Position numbers and translations under genes: made by a program
Notes under the pieces: generated by a model
The model's database searches: none
The model's input: only the letters and a program-made list of their open reading frames with translations
Told to the model about the DNA's origin: nothing
Shown here: positions 9,670 through 19,604 of the stretch, piece by piece
Layout of the letters: every line of letters begins with the position of its first letter
How positions within the stretch are numbered: position 1 is the stretch's first letter
Source of the DNA: an uncultured virus (IMG/VR IMGVR_UViG_3300032167_005167)
Lineage: Duplodnaviria > Heunggongvirae > Uroviricota > Caudoviricetes
IMG/VR virus record: IMGVR_UViG_3300032167_005167
Length of the DNA stretch: 64,000 nucleotides
Direction: 5' to 3' (one strand)

Positions 9670-10458
9670 ATGATCGGAGCAATTGTTGGAGATATCGTTG
9701 GTTCCCGTTTTGAGTGGGACAACTACAGGCGCAAGGATTTTGAACTCTTTACTTCGAAGTGCTTTGCAACGGACGACAGCATTATGACGCTGGCGATCGG
9801 TAAGGCACTCATGGAGAGCAAGCCGGACTGGAGCGATCTTGCTGAGCAGGCTGTTCGCTGGATGCATGAAGTGGGCCGTCCCTATCCGCAGTGTGGTTAC
9901 GGCGGACGGTTCTGGGACTGGATGTACAGCAATAATCCTAAGCCCTACAATAGCTTCGGTAATGGAGCAGCCATGCGAGTGAGCGCCTGTGGTTTTGTGG
10001 CGGAAAGTCTTGAAGAGGCAAAGCAGCTATCTAAGGCGGTAACAGAGGTAACTCACAATCATCCAGAAGGGCTCAAGGGGGCAGAGGCAACTACGGTTGC
10101 AATCTATATGGCTAGAACCGGCAGCACGCTGGAGGAGATCCGCGAAGTCATCGAGCGCGAATACTATCCGATGAACTTTACGCTTAATGAGATCCGGGAT
10201 ACCTATGAGTTCAACGAAACCTGTCAGAACACCGTACCGCAGGCGATGATGGCATTCTTTGAATCGACAAGCTTTGAAGATGCGATCCGAAACGCCATTT
10301 CTGTTGGTGGAGATAGCGATACGCTGGCTGCAATCACAGGCGGCATTGCCGAGGCTTACTACGGAGTGCCGGACGATATCCGGGCCAAAGCGGTCGGCTA
10401 TCTGGATAACAGGCTCAAGGAAATTCTTGAGCTGTTTGAAAACAGGAAGTTGACTTAA
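9670..10458 (+). CDS. ADP-ribosylglycohydrolase
   Basis: GAIVGDIVGS, TDDS, SFGNGAAMR, THNHPE, GGDSDT. Confidence 0.93.
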   Translation: MIGAIVGDIVGSRFEWDNYRRKDFELFTSKCFATDDSIMTLAIGKALMESKPDWSDLAEQAVRWMHEVGRPYPQCGYGGRFWDWMYSNNPKPYNSFGNGAAMRVSACGFVAESLEEAKQLSKAVTEVTHNHPEGLKGAEATTVAIYMARTGSTLEEIREVIEREYYPMNFTLNEIRDTYEFNETCQNTVPQAMMAFFESTSFEDAIRNAISVGGDSDTLAAITGGIAEAYYGVPDDIRAKAVGYLDNRLKEILELFENRKLT

Positions 10459-10497
10459 AGCAATTGATATTGGGAGTATGTTAGAAAACAAGATAAA

Positions 10498-10526
10498 GGC
10501 GTCACTCGATTGAGTGGCGTCTTTTT
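10498..10526 (+). terminator. intrinsic terminator
   Basis: GGCGTCACTC-GATT-GAGTGGCGTC then T-run. Confidence 0.75.
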
Positions 10527-10669
10527 GCTTACCCGGGTTAGTAACACCATTGAAAAACAACTAGATAGGAGATAATACAAATACGCGATATATTGGTATC
10601 CGTAGTTACAGGAAACGAAGGCAGTTTATCGAACTGTAAGAGCAAGGTGAGGCAAAATTCATGACAATT

Positions 10670-10713
10670 GTCGCTTCAGAAACGACCACTAGACTAATGG
10701 ATTATGGTATTCT
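10670..10713 (+). promoter_or_regulatory. second copy of operator GTCGCTT-N4-AACGACCA with promoter
   Basis: Matches the 8181 motif; followed by TAGACT and TATTCT. Confidence 0.5.
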
Positions 10714-10736
10714 AATAACAACGGAGGAACCGAAGA

Positions 10737-11303
10737 ATGTGTATTCTAAGGAAACTGTCTGCCATGAAACAAGCGCGAATTCATGCTGCTGCAGTAAAGG
10801 CGTTTATAAGAGATAACATCCGGCAAAAGATTTCTTATTCGTTACCTAAGAATATAAAGCTGGATGTGAATACTGAAGAAAAAGCGATACCCTCCGATAT
10901 ACAGTATTCTCTCGCAGTTGATGATGGTTTCTTTAGCGAATACCATAAATGGGAAAACTCGCAGAAGCAGATGGAGTCATTTAGCGCGATTGTGCTTAGA
11001 AAGATTGATGAACGAGGAATGAGCGCAAAAGATTTCTATAGCAAAGCGGGTTTGGGAAGAAAGCTATTCTCAAAGCTTAAAACAGATTATTGCTATCAAC
11101 CTAATCGGAAAACAGCAATCTGCTGCTGTCTGGCACTCGGTTTAGATCAGAAAGAAACGGATGCGCTGCTTAAAAGTGCTGGATATGCGCTGGCGAACAC
11201 AAGCTCTTTTGATCTTGAAATCCAGTATTGCATCGCACATGAGATTTTCGACTTAATGGATGTGAACGCGATTCTGTATGAACTTGAGGAGAGATCTCTT
11301 TAA
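10737..11303 (+). CDS. XRE-like HTH protein resembling the C-terminal module of macrodomain-fused regulators
   Basis: FYSKAGLGRKLFSKLK..YQPNRKTAI..ALGLD..LLKSAGYAL. Confidence 0.6.
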   Translation: MCILRKLSAMKQARIHAAAVKAFIRDNIRQKISYSLPKNIKLDVNTEEKAIPSDIQYSLAVDDGFFSEYHKWENSQKQMESFSAIVLRKIDERGMSAKDFYSKAGLGRKLFSKLKTDYCYQPNRKTAICCCLALGLDQKETDALLKSAGYALANTSSFDLEIQYCIAHEIFDLMDVNAILYELEERSL

Positions 11304-11320
11304 TCAAGAACGGAGGATGA

Positions 11321-13033
11321 ATGATGGCCTGGAACATGCATTGCTATGGAATTAAGGGTATGGCTGAATCGCGAGATGATCACATGAGTCTTCTAGCTTA
11401 CATGGCGGGGGAAGCAAAACCTATTCCTGCGTATAGCGGACATTACTTGAACTACTACATGAAGAGTGTTCAGTTTTGTCTTCAGGCCAAAAGAACCGAG
11501 GAGAAGCATTATGATATTTGCGGCTCTGATACTCATAATACTGACACCAGAGTATGGGCATGCAAGGTAAAGAGCGTATTAAAGAGCGATCGCGATCCGC
11601 TGATGTCAAAGCGTTTATTGGTGACAAGTCTTGATGATGATAGCATGGCAGTAATAGAACTTATCAACGCCGATATTCTGCCCAATTATGACGAGGATGA
11701 TATTATCAGATTCCAAGTAATTGCCCAAGGTATTAGAGCGAAATACTATCTTGATGAAGAGCAATATCATCAGGCAGAGGGATTCGATATTAAACCTGGA
11801 CATCCTACACTAAAGCCGGGGAGAATGAGTGCAGCAATGGGAAGCTTACTCCCCTTTGGCTTTTTGAACCAGCATCTTGTCAGAGAAGAGGGAAAACCTC
11901 GACCAGAAGTTGACTATGATGAAGATCTGCTTGTTCAAGTAACCGGTATTGCAAAGGCATTCGCTGTGAAGGATGTTGTATTTGAAGGCGAACTTATGAC
12001 CCAATATGTATCTTGTTTGATTGATACGCCATTTGGGGAACTGCCGCTGGTACATACTTTTGATGAAGTGCCTGAGGAATTGAGGGACAATCTTAAAGCT
12101 GGCGCAGTAGTTACGGCTGTATGTACGCTTTCTGGCGATGTAATGATTCATGACTATGAGAATGGAATTATCCTGAATACTGAGAATAATCTGAAGCTGT
12201 TTAAGTCTGCTTTTGGCGGTAAGGAGCAATGGCCCAGACTATATCCTGTGCTTGATGAGAAATGCCATTATAACTCGGAAGGTTCAAATAAGGAAATCAT
12301 TGGTCGCGACGAAATAATTGCGTTTTTAGCTGAACGGGAGAAAGTGCAGAATACTCCGGAGCTAACTTATCATGCATGTTATGGAAAACTGTTGGAACCT
12401 AAGTGTGATGAGTTTCTGCTGGCACATAAAGAAGGAGAACATGTCGTTGTATTGTGGCAAGGCGAAGAAAGAAGCTATGAAGCCATTGTCTTTCTCCACA
12501 ATAATGAAAATGGAATGGTAGACGATATCTATTTGTGTAAAGATAGTAGATATGTATTCAGAACTTACGATATCTGCCCTCCATTCGAGTATAAGCCTGA
12601 AAAGAATCATAATTATCAGGATCTAAAGGGACAAGAATTCCTACAGGCATATTTCCGAGATCACGGGCTTAGAAGGCGAGAGATTGATCTTCTGGATTTC
12701 TGGGGCTATTTTAGAGAGTGCCATAATATGATTGCCGATCAGCGTGGTATGAAATATGCGTATGAGGTAACTGAGAAAATGAAGCACTACAGAGGATTGC
12801 CGGCTGAGTATATTTCGAAACACTTAGATGAGGCACCATGGTATTGGCCAACCGCAATGAAGTTTTATAAGCTCGGATATGAACCGCCAGTTTCAAATGA
12901 GAAAGTATGGGGAATCATGGAATGCGAGTATAAAGGCAAATGCTATTTGTTTGGAATTGGCAAGGATGAGGTAACTATTACCGAAGACATGAGAAAGAAT
13001 GGCAATTGGAGCATATACACGTATTCGGACTGA
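11321..13033 (+). CDS. hypothetical protein with possible SnoaL/NTF2-like middle domain
   Basis: 570-aa ORF, RBS GGAGG; VLDEKCHY..IIGRDEIIAFL. Confidence 0.6.
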   Translation: MMAWNMHCYGIKGMAESRDDHMSLLAYMAGEAKPIPAYSGHYLNYYMKSVQFCLQAKRTEEKHYDICGSDTHNTDTRVWACKVKSVLKSDRDPLMSKRLLVTSLDDDSMAVIELINADILPNYDEDDIIRFQVIAQGIRAKYYLDEEQYHQAEGFDIKPGHPTLKPGRMSAAMGSLLPFGFLNQHLVREEGKPRPEVDYDEDLLVQVTGIAKAFAVKDVVFEGELMTQYVSCLIDTPFGELPLVHTFDEVPEELRDNLKAGAVVTAVCTLSGDVMIHDYENGIILNTENNLKLFKSAFGGKEQWPRLYPVLDEKCHYNSEGSNKEIIGRDEIIAFLAEREKVQNTPELTYHACYGKLLEPKCDEFLLAHKEGEHVVVLWQGEERSYEAIVFLHNNENGMVDDIYLCKDSRYVFRTYDICPPFEYKPEKNHNYQDLKGQEFLQAYFRDHGLRRREIDLLDFWGYFRECHNMIADQRGMKYAYEVTEKMKHYRGLPAEYISKHLDEAPWYWPTAMKFYKLGYEPPVSNEKVWGIMECEYKGKCYLFGIGKDEVTITEDMRKNGNWSIYTYSD

Positions 13034-13147
13034 GTGCTATATTAGTGTGTATTTACAGGGCATTATGCCAACTGGATTACTCGAAGCAAACAAAATACAC
13101 CTCCTGAATGCTTATTACGCGTATATGGACATGTTGAGGAGTATAAA

Positions 13148-13339
13148 ATGATCAAGAGTAAGGAAGAGATTGAGTTTGACAATCTCAGAAAGCAGATTCG
13201 AGAAAAACTCCAGCGAGGATATGGCATAACGCCGGGAGATAGTAGGCCGCTTTCTGAGCACATCCGCATTATGAAAGAGGCATTGGAAACCGGCGTTTTG
13301 CCACCGCCTGTAAAAGAAGGCGTCGTTGGTCTTATGTAA
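13148..13339 (+). CDS. small hypothetical protein
   Basis: RBS GAGGAG, followed by a terminator. Confidence 0.5.
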   Translation: MIKSKEEIEFDNLRKQIREKLQRGYGITPGDSRPLSEHIRIMKEALETGVLPPPVKEGVVGLM

Positions 13340-13366
13340 ATAAACGACAATTCATAACCGAATTGG

Positions 13367-13397
13367 GGCGCTACTCGTTTGAGTGGCGTCTTTTTTT
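13367..13397 (+). terminator. intrinsic terminator
   Basis: GGCGCTACTC-GTTT-GAGTGGCGTC then T-run. Confidence 0.75.
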
Positions 13398-13404
13398 GTT
13401 GTCG

Positions 13405-13448
13405 GGGGTTCGAAATGACCATCTTTTTCTGATATCTTCAGAAGGCAG
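13405..13448 (+). promoter_or_regulatory. GGGGTTCG-N14-TTC..TAT-N3-CAGA motif, copy 1 (putative alternative-sigma promoter)
   Basis: Same spacing as copies at 24374 and 31171. Confidence 0.55.
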
Positions 13449-13480
13449 GCCCAATGAGCCTTCTGGAATGGAGAAGAGCT

Positions 13481-13915
13481 ATGAACCAGCAGCAAAAAGA
13501 GCATATTACCAAGCTGCGTACCCAGGGGATCAGCTATGGCCGTATAGCAAAGACACTAGGGGTATCTGTTAATACTGTCAAATCATTTTGCCGGAGGCAG
13601 AAAGATCCAAGGCAGATTCCAGCATCGACACCAGAAAAGAAGCTAGCTCAGAATCAAAATAGAATATGTCCCAATTGTGCGGCGATGCTGTTACAGAAGC
13701 CGGGGCATAGACAGAAACGATTCTGTTCAGAGCATTGCAGACGATCATGGTGGGCGGCACACCCGGAGGAAGCAAAGAAGGAAACCTGGCGGAGTGCAAC
13801 GTGCTGCCAATGTGGTAAGTGCTTTTCGTATTATCGGAACAGGAAACGAAAGTACTGTTCACAGCGATGCTACCAGCAATATCGTATTGAGATTGGTGGT
13901 GGTGCGCGTGTATGA
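13481..13915 (+). CDS. HTH plus zinc-finger protein of the recombinase operon
   Basis: GISYGRIAKTLGVSVNTVKSFCRR; CPNC, FCSEHC, CCQC, YCSQRC. Confidence 0.75.
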   Translation: MNQQQKEHITKLRTQGISYGRIAKTLGVSVNTVKSFCRRQKDPRQIPASTPEKKLAQNQNRICPNCAAMLLQKPGHRQKRFCSEHCRRSWWAAHPEEAKKETWRSATCCQCGKCFSYYRNRKRKYCSQRCYQQYRIEIGGGARV

Positions 13916-14141
13916 CGAGACTGACCTGATGCACTACATGGCTGCAATGAACATCATTCGCCAATGGCTCAATGGCGGTATGATTACAGCTGCAGACTAC
14001 GCGCAAATTGATACAATCGTGGCCGAAAAGTTTGGTATCCCATCTCGGAGCATATGGCGCGAGAATAACTTGATAATCTTCGACACTAACGGTAATATGC
14101 CACCTACGAAAGGAGGTATATCTGTTGGAACGCATTGTTGA
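13908..14141 (+). CDS. SHOCT-like small protein
   Basis: WLNGGMITAADY; typical position just before the recombinases. Confidence 0.55.
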   Translation: MYDETDLMHYMAAMNIIRQWLNGGMITAADYAQIDTIVAEKFGIPSRSIWRENNLIIFDTNGNMPPTKGGISVGTHC

Positions 14142-15432
14142 ACTTATCAAGCCCCTGAAACTGGTTGAAATCGTGCGGCTGCGGGTTGCCGCATATGCCC
14201 GTGTTTCGACTGGCAAGGATGCGATGCTCCAGTCGCTCTCGGCGCAGGTTAGCTATTACAGCAGCATGATTCAGCAAATTGATGAGTGGGAGTATGTTGC
14301 TGTGTATGCTGATGAAGATTGCACCGGCACCAAAGAGAATCGCCCAGAGTTCAAGAGAATGCTCGAGGATTGTCGGGCAGGCAAGATCGATATGATCATT
14401 ACCAAGTCGATCAGCCGCTTTGCGAGAAACACGGTCACCCTGCTCAATACGGTGCGCGAGCTGAAACGTATCGGTGTGGCGGTCTACTTTGAGGAACAGA
14501 AGATTAATACCCTGACAGCAGATGGCGAGCTGATGCTGACGATCCTCGCGTCTTACGCTCAAGAGGAAAGTCTTTCAGTAAGCGAAAACTGCAAGTGGCG
14601 TATCCGTGACAAGTTTGCTGAGGGGCAATCCACTTCGTTCAACATGTATGGCTATAGGCTGGTGGACGGAGAAATCCGGATTGTTCCTGAAGAGGTTGGG
14701 CTTGTAAGATGGATTTTTGATGCATACCTGAGAGGATATGGTAAGCAGGCGATCTGCAATATGCTCCAAGCTACTGGCATTCCTGGACGAATCGGAGGAG
14801 AATGGGTGCCATTCACGATTTACAGCATGCTTCGCAATGAAAAATACGCTGGGGATCTGCTCTTGCAGAAGAGCTTTGTTGAGGACCACCTGACCAAGAA
14901 GCATCGCAAAAATAGGGGCGAGATGCCAAAGTACTTCATTGCAGACAACCACGAGGCAATCATAGACAGGGAAAAATTCTTAAGGGTACAGGAAGAGATA
15001 AAGGCACGGGCTGAGTACTATCAGCATCCGCAGGGTGAGACAAGTGAGCTCACCTCGAAAATCAAATGCGGGATTTGCGGAAAAAGCTACCGCCGGTGTA
15101 CGACAAAGGTAAGGAAGAAGTGGTCTTGTGCGACGTACATCACGCGCGGGAAAAAGAGCTGTTCATCAAATTCGATACCAGAAACAACATTGAAAGAAGT
15201 GTGCGCTTTGGCATTGGGCCTGCCGAGCTATGATGCGGAATCTGTGAGATTCCGTATTGAGTTCATTGAGGCCATGCCAGAGCGTACACTTCGTTTTCAT
15301 ATGAGGGATGGAACTTCTTGCGAGCTTCAATGGGAGTGGCCAGCAAGAGGTGATAGTTGGACAGAGGAAATGAGAGAAAAGGCAGCGGAGAGAGCGAGGG
15401 TACAGAATGCAAGGAAATCTGGCAACGCGTAA
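14125..15432 (+). CDS. large serine recombinase 1
   Basis: YARVST, KSISRFARN, LRNEKYAG, zinc ribbon CGICG. Confidence 0.93.
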   Translation: MERIVELIKPLKLVEIVRLRVAAYARVSTGKDAMLQSLSAQVSYYSSMIQQIDEWEYVAVYADEDCTGTKENRPEFKRMLEDCRAGKIDMIITKSISRFARNTVTLLNTVRELKRIGVAVYFEEQKINTLTADGELMLTILASYAQEESLSVSENCKWRIRDKFAEGQSTSFNMYGYRLVDGEIRIVPEEVGLVRWIFDAYLRGYGKQAICNMLQATGIPGRIGGEWVPFTIYSMLRNEKYAGDLLLQKSFVEDHLTKKHRKNRGEMPKYFIADNHEAIIDREKFLRVQEEIKARAEYYQHPQGETSELTSKIKCGICGKSYRRCTTKVRKKWSCATYITRGKKSCSSNSIPETTLKEVCALALGLPSYDAESVRFRIEFIEAMPERTLRFHMRDGTSCELQWEWPARGDSWTEEMREKAAERARVQNARKSGNA

Positions 15433-17011
15433 GGTTCAGGTAATCCCGGCAGCGCCGAGAGTGCAGCTGATGCAATCGAGCATCACACAAACGCGGATAC
15501 TTAGGGTTTCTGCATATGCGCGTGTTTCAACCGATCAGGAAGAGCAGCTTACGAGCTACGAAGCGCAGGTCGATTATTACACGCGACTGATTAAGAGTAA
15601 GTCAGAATGGGAGTTCGTTGGGGTATATACCGACAAAGGCATTACTGGTACCAACAGAAAAAAGCGCGATGGCTTCAATCGGATGATCAAGGATGCGCTG
15701 GATGGAAAAATCGATATGATCATCACGAAATCAGTCAGCCGCTTTGCTAGAAACACCGTGGATACGCTCACGACGATCCGAGAGCTCAAGAGCCATGGAA
15801 TCGCAGTTTATTTTGAAGAACAGAATATCAATACGCTGGACGGCAAGGGCGAGTTGCTGATTACGATCATGAGTAGTTTGGCTCAGGAAGAAAGCCGATC
15901 GATTTCGGAAAACGTCACCTGGGGTATGCGTAAGAGATTTTCGGATGGAAAAGTCAGTATGGCCTATAAGTACTTCCTGGGTTATGAAAAGGGGAAAGAC
16001 GGACTGCCGAGCATTGTTGAAGAAGAGGCGCAGATTGTCCGCTATATTTATAGAATGTTCCTTGAGGGAAAAACTGGGGTCGGGATTGCCAAAGCACTTG
16101 AGGATATGGGCATCCCTTCGCCCATGGGATCAAAGAAGTGGTCCAATACGACGGTTATGAGTATTCTGCAAAACGAGAAGTATCGGGGCTCGGCAATCCT
16201 CCAAAAGACATACACGGTCGATTTTCTGGAAAAGAAGGTGAAGAAGAACAAAGGTGAGGTACCGCAATACTATGTTGAACACAGTCATGAGCCGATCATT
16301 GACCCGGTGGAGTTTGATCATGTGCAGCTCGAGCTGAAACGCAGAAGAGCAAATCGAGGTAGACACAGCTCAAAGAGCGTTTTTTCCTCGAGGATTGAGT
16401 GCAGTGATTGCGGGGCCTATTATGGACGGAAGGTATGGCATTCGAATAGCGAGTATAGAACGGAGGCTTGGCAATGTAATGGGAAATACAAAGGGGAGCA
16501 TCGCTGCACGACACCACACCTTAAGGAAGAGGAGCTTAAAGCACGGTTTGTGAAAGCCTTTAACCAGATCATGACAGTCCGTGAAGGGGCAATTGAAGCT
16601 TGTAACATCACGATCGAGGCAGTTTGCGGTTTGACGCAGCTTGACCAGAAGATACAGGCTGCAACAGATGAGATTAGTGTATTGGTTGAACTTTCCAAGC
16701 AAATGATCAAAGAGAATGCGCAGACAGCTCAAAATCAAGCGGAATATCAAAGTCGCCATAGCGAAATGATCACTAGATACAATGCAGCAGAGGCACGGCT
16801 TAATGAGCTCAACCGAGAGCGGAATCGTAGGATCCAGATGAGGCAGGAGATCGAGTGGTTTATGGAAGGGATTAAGGGGCGAGAGGAATTGCTCACCGAG
16901 TTTGATTGCAGCCTGTTCGTGGCGGTTGTCGAAAAGATGCAGGTGTATTCGGATCGCCGGGTAGTCGTACGGTTCAAGAACGGAATGGCGATCGAGACTT
17001 GGGATGAATGA
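15407..17011 (+). CDS. large serine recombinase 2
   Basis: YARVST, KSVSRFARN, LQNEKYRG, CSDCG, coiled coil. Confidence 0.93.
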   Translation: MQGNLATRKVQVIPAAPRVQLMQSSITQTRILRVSAYARVSTDQEEQLTSYEAQVDYYTRLIKSKSEWEFVGVYTDKGITGTNRKKRDGFNRMIKDALDGKIDMIITKSVSRFARNTVDTLTTIRELKSHGIAVYFEEQNINTLDGKGELLITIMSSLAQEESRSISENVTWGMRKRFSDGKVSMAYKYFLGYEKGKDGLPSIVEEEAQIVRYIYRMFLEGKTGVGIAKALEDMGIPSPMGSKKWSNTTVMSILQNEKYRGSAILQKTYTVDFLEKKVKKNKGEVPQYYVEHSHEPIIDPVEFDHVQLELKRRRANRGRHSSKSVFSSRIECSDCGAYYGRKVWHSNSEYRTEAWQCNGKYKGEHRCTTPHLKEEELKARFVKAFNQIMTVREGAIEACNITIEAVCGLTQLDQKIQAATDEISVLVELSKQMIKENAQTAQNQAEYQSRHSEMITRYNAAEARLNELNRERNRRIQMRQEIEWFMEGIKGREELLTEFDCSLFVAVVEKMQVYSDRRVVVRFKNGMAIETWDE

Positions 17012-17055
17012 CGGGCAGAAAAATAAGACCGGTCAGCTTTAGGCTGATCGGCCTT

Positions 17056-17505
17056 TTATGCTATGGGTTCTAGTCGGATCCCGGCAATTAAGCTATCAAT
17101 AGCGTGAGTTTCTTTGGTTGGGAAATCATTACATGTTTCAGGACAAGAAATCAGGATTGTCAGTTGCGCGTATTCTTGATGATTGAAAGGATTACGAAAG
17201 CGTAGCTCATAGTATCGCTCATTGCCTGCCGTATATTTTACATGATGCCCATGGATTCCGTTGATGGTTATAGATTCTGGAACCAAGGCATGTTCACCAG
17301 CATTGATCAGTATCGCGCGCAGCTCTTCAAAGGTTGAACCTTTCGAAGAAGCAGCTTGAATGAATACGCTGTATTCCTTATTTGGTGAAATGAGACATAG
17401 GCAATTGTCAGAAACCGTATCCGGGGTTGTATTGAGATAGAAGCCATCAGGGACGATGAATGACATGCCGGGAATGTGAAAACGTCCATTGCGATATTGA
17501 ATCAT
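17056..17505 (-). CDS. hypothetical protein (PsbP/DcrB-like fold possible)
   Basis: SFIVPDGF..ITINGIHG..LIAGIRL pattern. Confidence 0.5.
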   Translation of the reverse strand: MIQYRNGRFHIPGMSFIVPDGFYLNTTPDTVSDNCLCLISPNKEYSVFIQAASSKGSTFEELRAILINAGEHALVPESITINGIHGHHVKYTAGNERYYELRFRNPFNHQEYAQLTILISCPETCNDFPTKETHAIDSLIAGIRLEPIA

Positions 17506-17521
17506 AGCATCACTCTCTCGA

Positions 17522-18016
17522 TCAGGATTCGATGAATATGGTTTCGACATGTGTTTGCTGGGCATATTGAATGGTGTTTCTTGTCCCGCCAGGTTCACCA
17601 TTGAATGCTGCGATCAAGAGCGAAGAATGATCGACCATCCACATATTACGCTTTTGATAGCAGCTCATTGAGAAATGAGGGGAGATTATGCGCGATAGAT
17701 CGGCAGAATTAAGCACATTATGGTAACGATTCTGCCAATCAGGGCTCCAGGAATGCTCGAAACCTGGATGAGGAATGGCACAAATGAGATGTAAATCAGG
17801 ATTGGCTTGTTTTCGTTCGATGACAAGCTCGGCAGCCCAGAGATCAACACCTTGAGCCATACCTGTAATGAATGTGCGAAAGCCACGTTGTATTGCCTGA
17901 TCAATGGCCTTGGAAAGCACTGCTTTGATTTCTTTTTCGCTTTGCTTGAGTTTCCCGGGGCGATGGCCGGTAAAGCAGCAACGCTTTCGCCTTTTTTCTG
18001 CTTCAGATATTGTCAT
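17522..18016 (-). CDS. SLOG family (DUF1273/YspA-like) protein
   Basis: CCFTGHRP, FITGMAQGVD, RNMWMVDHS, GGTRNT. Confidence 0.88.
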   Translation of the reverse strand: MTISEAEKRRKRCCFTGHRPGKLKQSEKEIKAVLSKAIDQAIQRGFRTFITGMAQGVDLWAAELVIERKQANPDLHLICAIPHPGFEHSWSPDWQNRYHNVLNSADLSRIISPHFSMSCYQKRNMWMVDHSSLLIAAFNGEPGGTRNTIQYAQQTHVETIFIES

Positions 18017-18022
18017 TACCTG

Positions 18023-18400
18023 TTACCTGTCGGATTCATTCCAGACACCTATCGAGAATGTTGTGTTTTCTGGAACACTGGGGATCAAGAAGGAGTAGTC
18101 TCCAGGCGTTTCAATTCTGTATTCAGCTTGCCCGTTTGTATAGGCAAATGGTGAGAGGCTGAATGTCTCAGCGGCCAGACGCGAAGCCCAGATCCGGCGA
18201 TCGCTTATCGAAGGAAAAGCTTTTATAATGATGGCTTGTCCTTCATCTAAACCTTCTATAAAGATTCTGTGGTCACCAGCAGCGGAGGCTGTGCTTTTTG
18301 TTTGGTGTACTGGAACCGATGCAAACACAGTAAAAGCAAGCACACCGAAGAAGCACAGCAGAATTATAAGAAAACACACGCGATGCCAAGAGTGTCTCAT
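18023..18400 (-). CDS. putative secreted/membrane protein
   Basis: N-terminal hydrophobic stretch VCFLIILLCFFGVLAFTVFA. Confidence 0.5.
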   Translation of the reverse strand: MRHSWHRVCFLIILLCFFGVLAFTVFASVPVHQTKSTASAAGDHRIFIEGLDEGQAIIIKAFPSISDRRIWASRLAAETFSLSPFAYTNGQAEYRIETPGDYSFLIPSVPENTTFSIGVWNESDR

Positions 18401-18599
18401 GATCGTACTCCAGCGAGATTCACCGTGCGTGTAGGCACACAGTTCTCGTAAAATCACTCAGTTGGTAGATCGTACCTCTCAATTATAGCATGTCGTGGTG
18501 TGGAATAGAAGATGATCGACTCTAAAAATCACTCAAACATTTGAATGCAATCTCTCAACTGAGAGATTTATCGCCACTCAAAAATCATATAGAATTAAC

Positions 18600-18944
18600 A
18601 TGGGTGGTGATGGTGTGATTGATGTGGCTGAACGTATAAAAGTATTGATGGAAGAGCGTGGCTTGAACATAAATACTTTGGCGAAGAGATCGAACCTGTC
18701 CTGGACGACGATCAACAACTTTTATTCTCGTGAGACGATTCCGACGGTTCCAACTCTTTCTATGATTTGTGATGGTCTAGGCGTCACCCTTGCTCAGTTC
18801 TTCGATGAGGATGGAAAGACGGTTGAACTTACTGCTGATCTGCAGCATGTTGTTGATCGGTGGGGACAGCTTACCGATCGTGAGAGACAAGCGATCAGTG
18901 AAACAATGGATATCATGATTGAGAATCGTAGCCAAGAAGGCTAA
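18600..18944 (+). CDS. XRE-family HTH regulator
   Basis: GLNINTLAKRSNLSWTTI..PTVPTL..LGVTLAQFF. Confidence 0.85.
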   Translation: MGGDGVIDVAERIKVLMEERGLNINTLAKRSNLSWTTINNFYSRETIPTVPTLSMICDGLGVTLAQFFDEDGKTVELTADLQHVVDRWGQLTDRERQAISETMDIMIENRSQEG

Positions 18945-19005
18945 TCTCAGATTATTGTAGTTAAAGGCGGATACTCGCAGGTGATGTGAGTGTCCGCCTT
19001 TTTTA

Positions 19006-19590
19006 TTATGCAATTCGGTGATCGACATCCAAGCAGGCATATTGGAGGATGTCTTCTGCTTTGTATTTTGTATTGAGCCAGTCTCTGAGCATCGACTTGG
19101 GGAGAATGACGGGCATGCGATTGTGGATGAATTCGATGCTTGGAGCCGGGGATCGTGTGAGGATGGAGAATACAGGTGTGCCTTGTTCTAACCTGTAGAT
19201 ACCTGCCATATAGATTATGTTTTCTGCAGTGCTGCCAATGGCATGTTTGATCTTAGCACGCCCGTTTTTCTCCCACTCAAAATAGTAGCTAGCAGGAATG
19301 ATGCAACGTCGCTGTGCCATTCCATCTTTGAATGTCGGCTTTTCGCTGGCGGTTTCACTTCGTGCGTTAATCAGCCGGTTTCCATCAGATGTTGTATAGC
19401 CCCATTCCATGGCAAAAGGGGTAGGCTTGAGGGTTTTGCTGTTCGCGATGACGGGGACAGTATCGCTGGGAAAGACCTCGCCAGACGTTTTTAGGGCAGA
19501 AGTGTTGCTGGAGGGCTTTCTGTTAAGAATATCAATGATCTGCTGAAGTTCCTCAGCTTTATCGTCATCGATAAAGTAACGTCCACACAT
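19006..19590 (-). CDS. SOS response-associated peptidase (SRAP/YedK family)
   Basis: N-terminal MCGRY, INARSET, YFEW, IHNRMP. Confidence 0.93.
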   Translation of the reverse strand: MCGRYFIDDDKAEELQQIIDILNRKPSSNTSALKTSGEVFPSDTVPVIANSKTLKPTPFAMEWGYTTSDGNRLINARSETASEKPTFKDGMAQRRCIIPASYYFEWEKNGRAKIKHAIGSTAENIIYMAGIYRLEQGTPVFSILTRSPAPSIEFIHNRMPVILPKSMLRDWLNTKYKAEDILQYACLDVDHRIA

Positions 19591-19604
19591 ATTACAGCCC
19601 TCCT

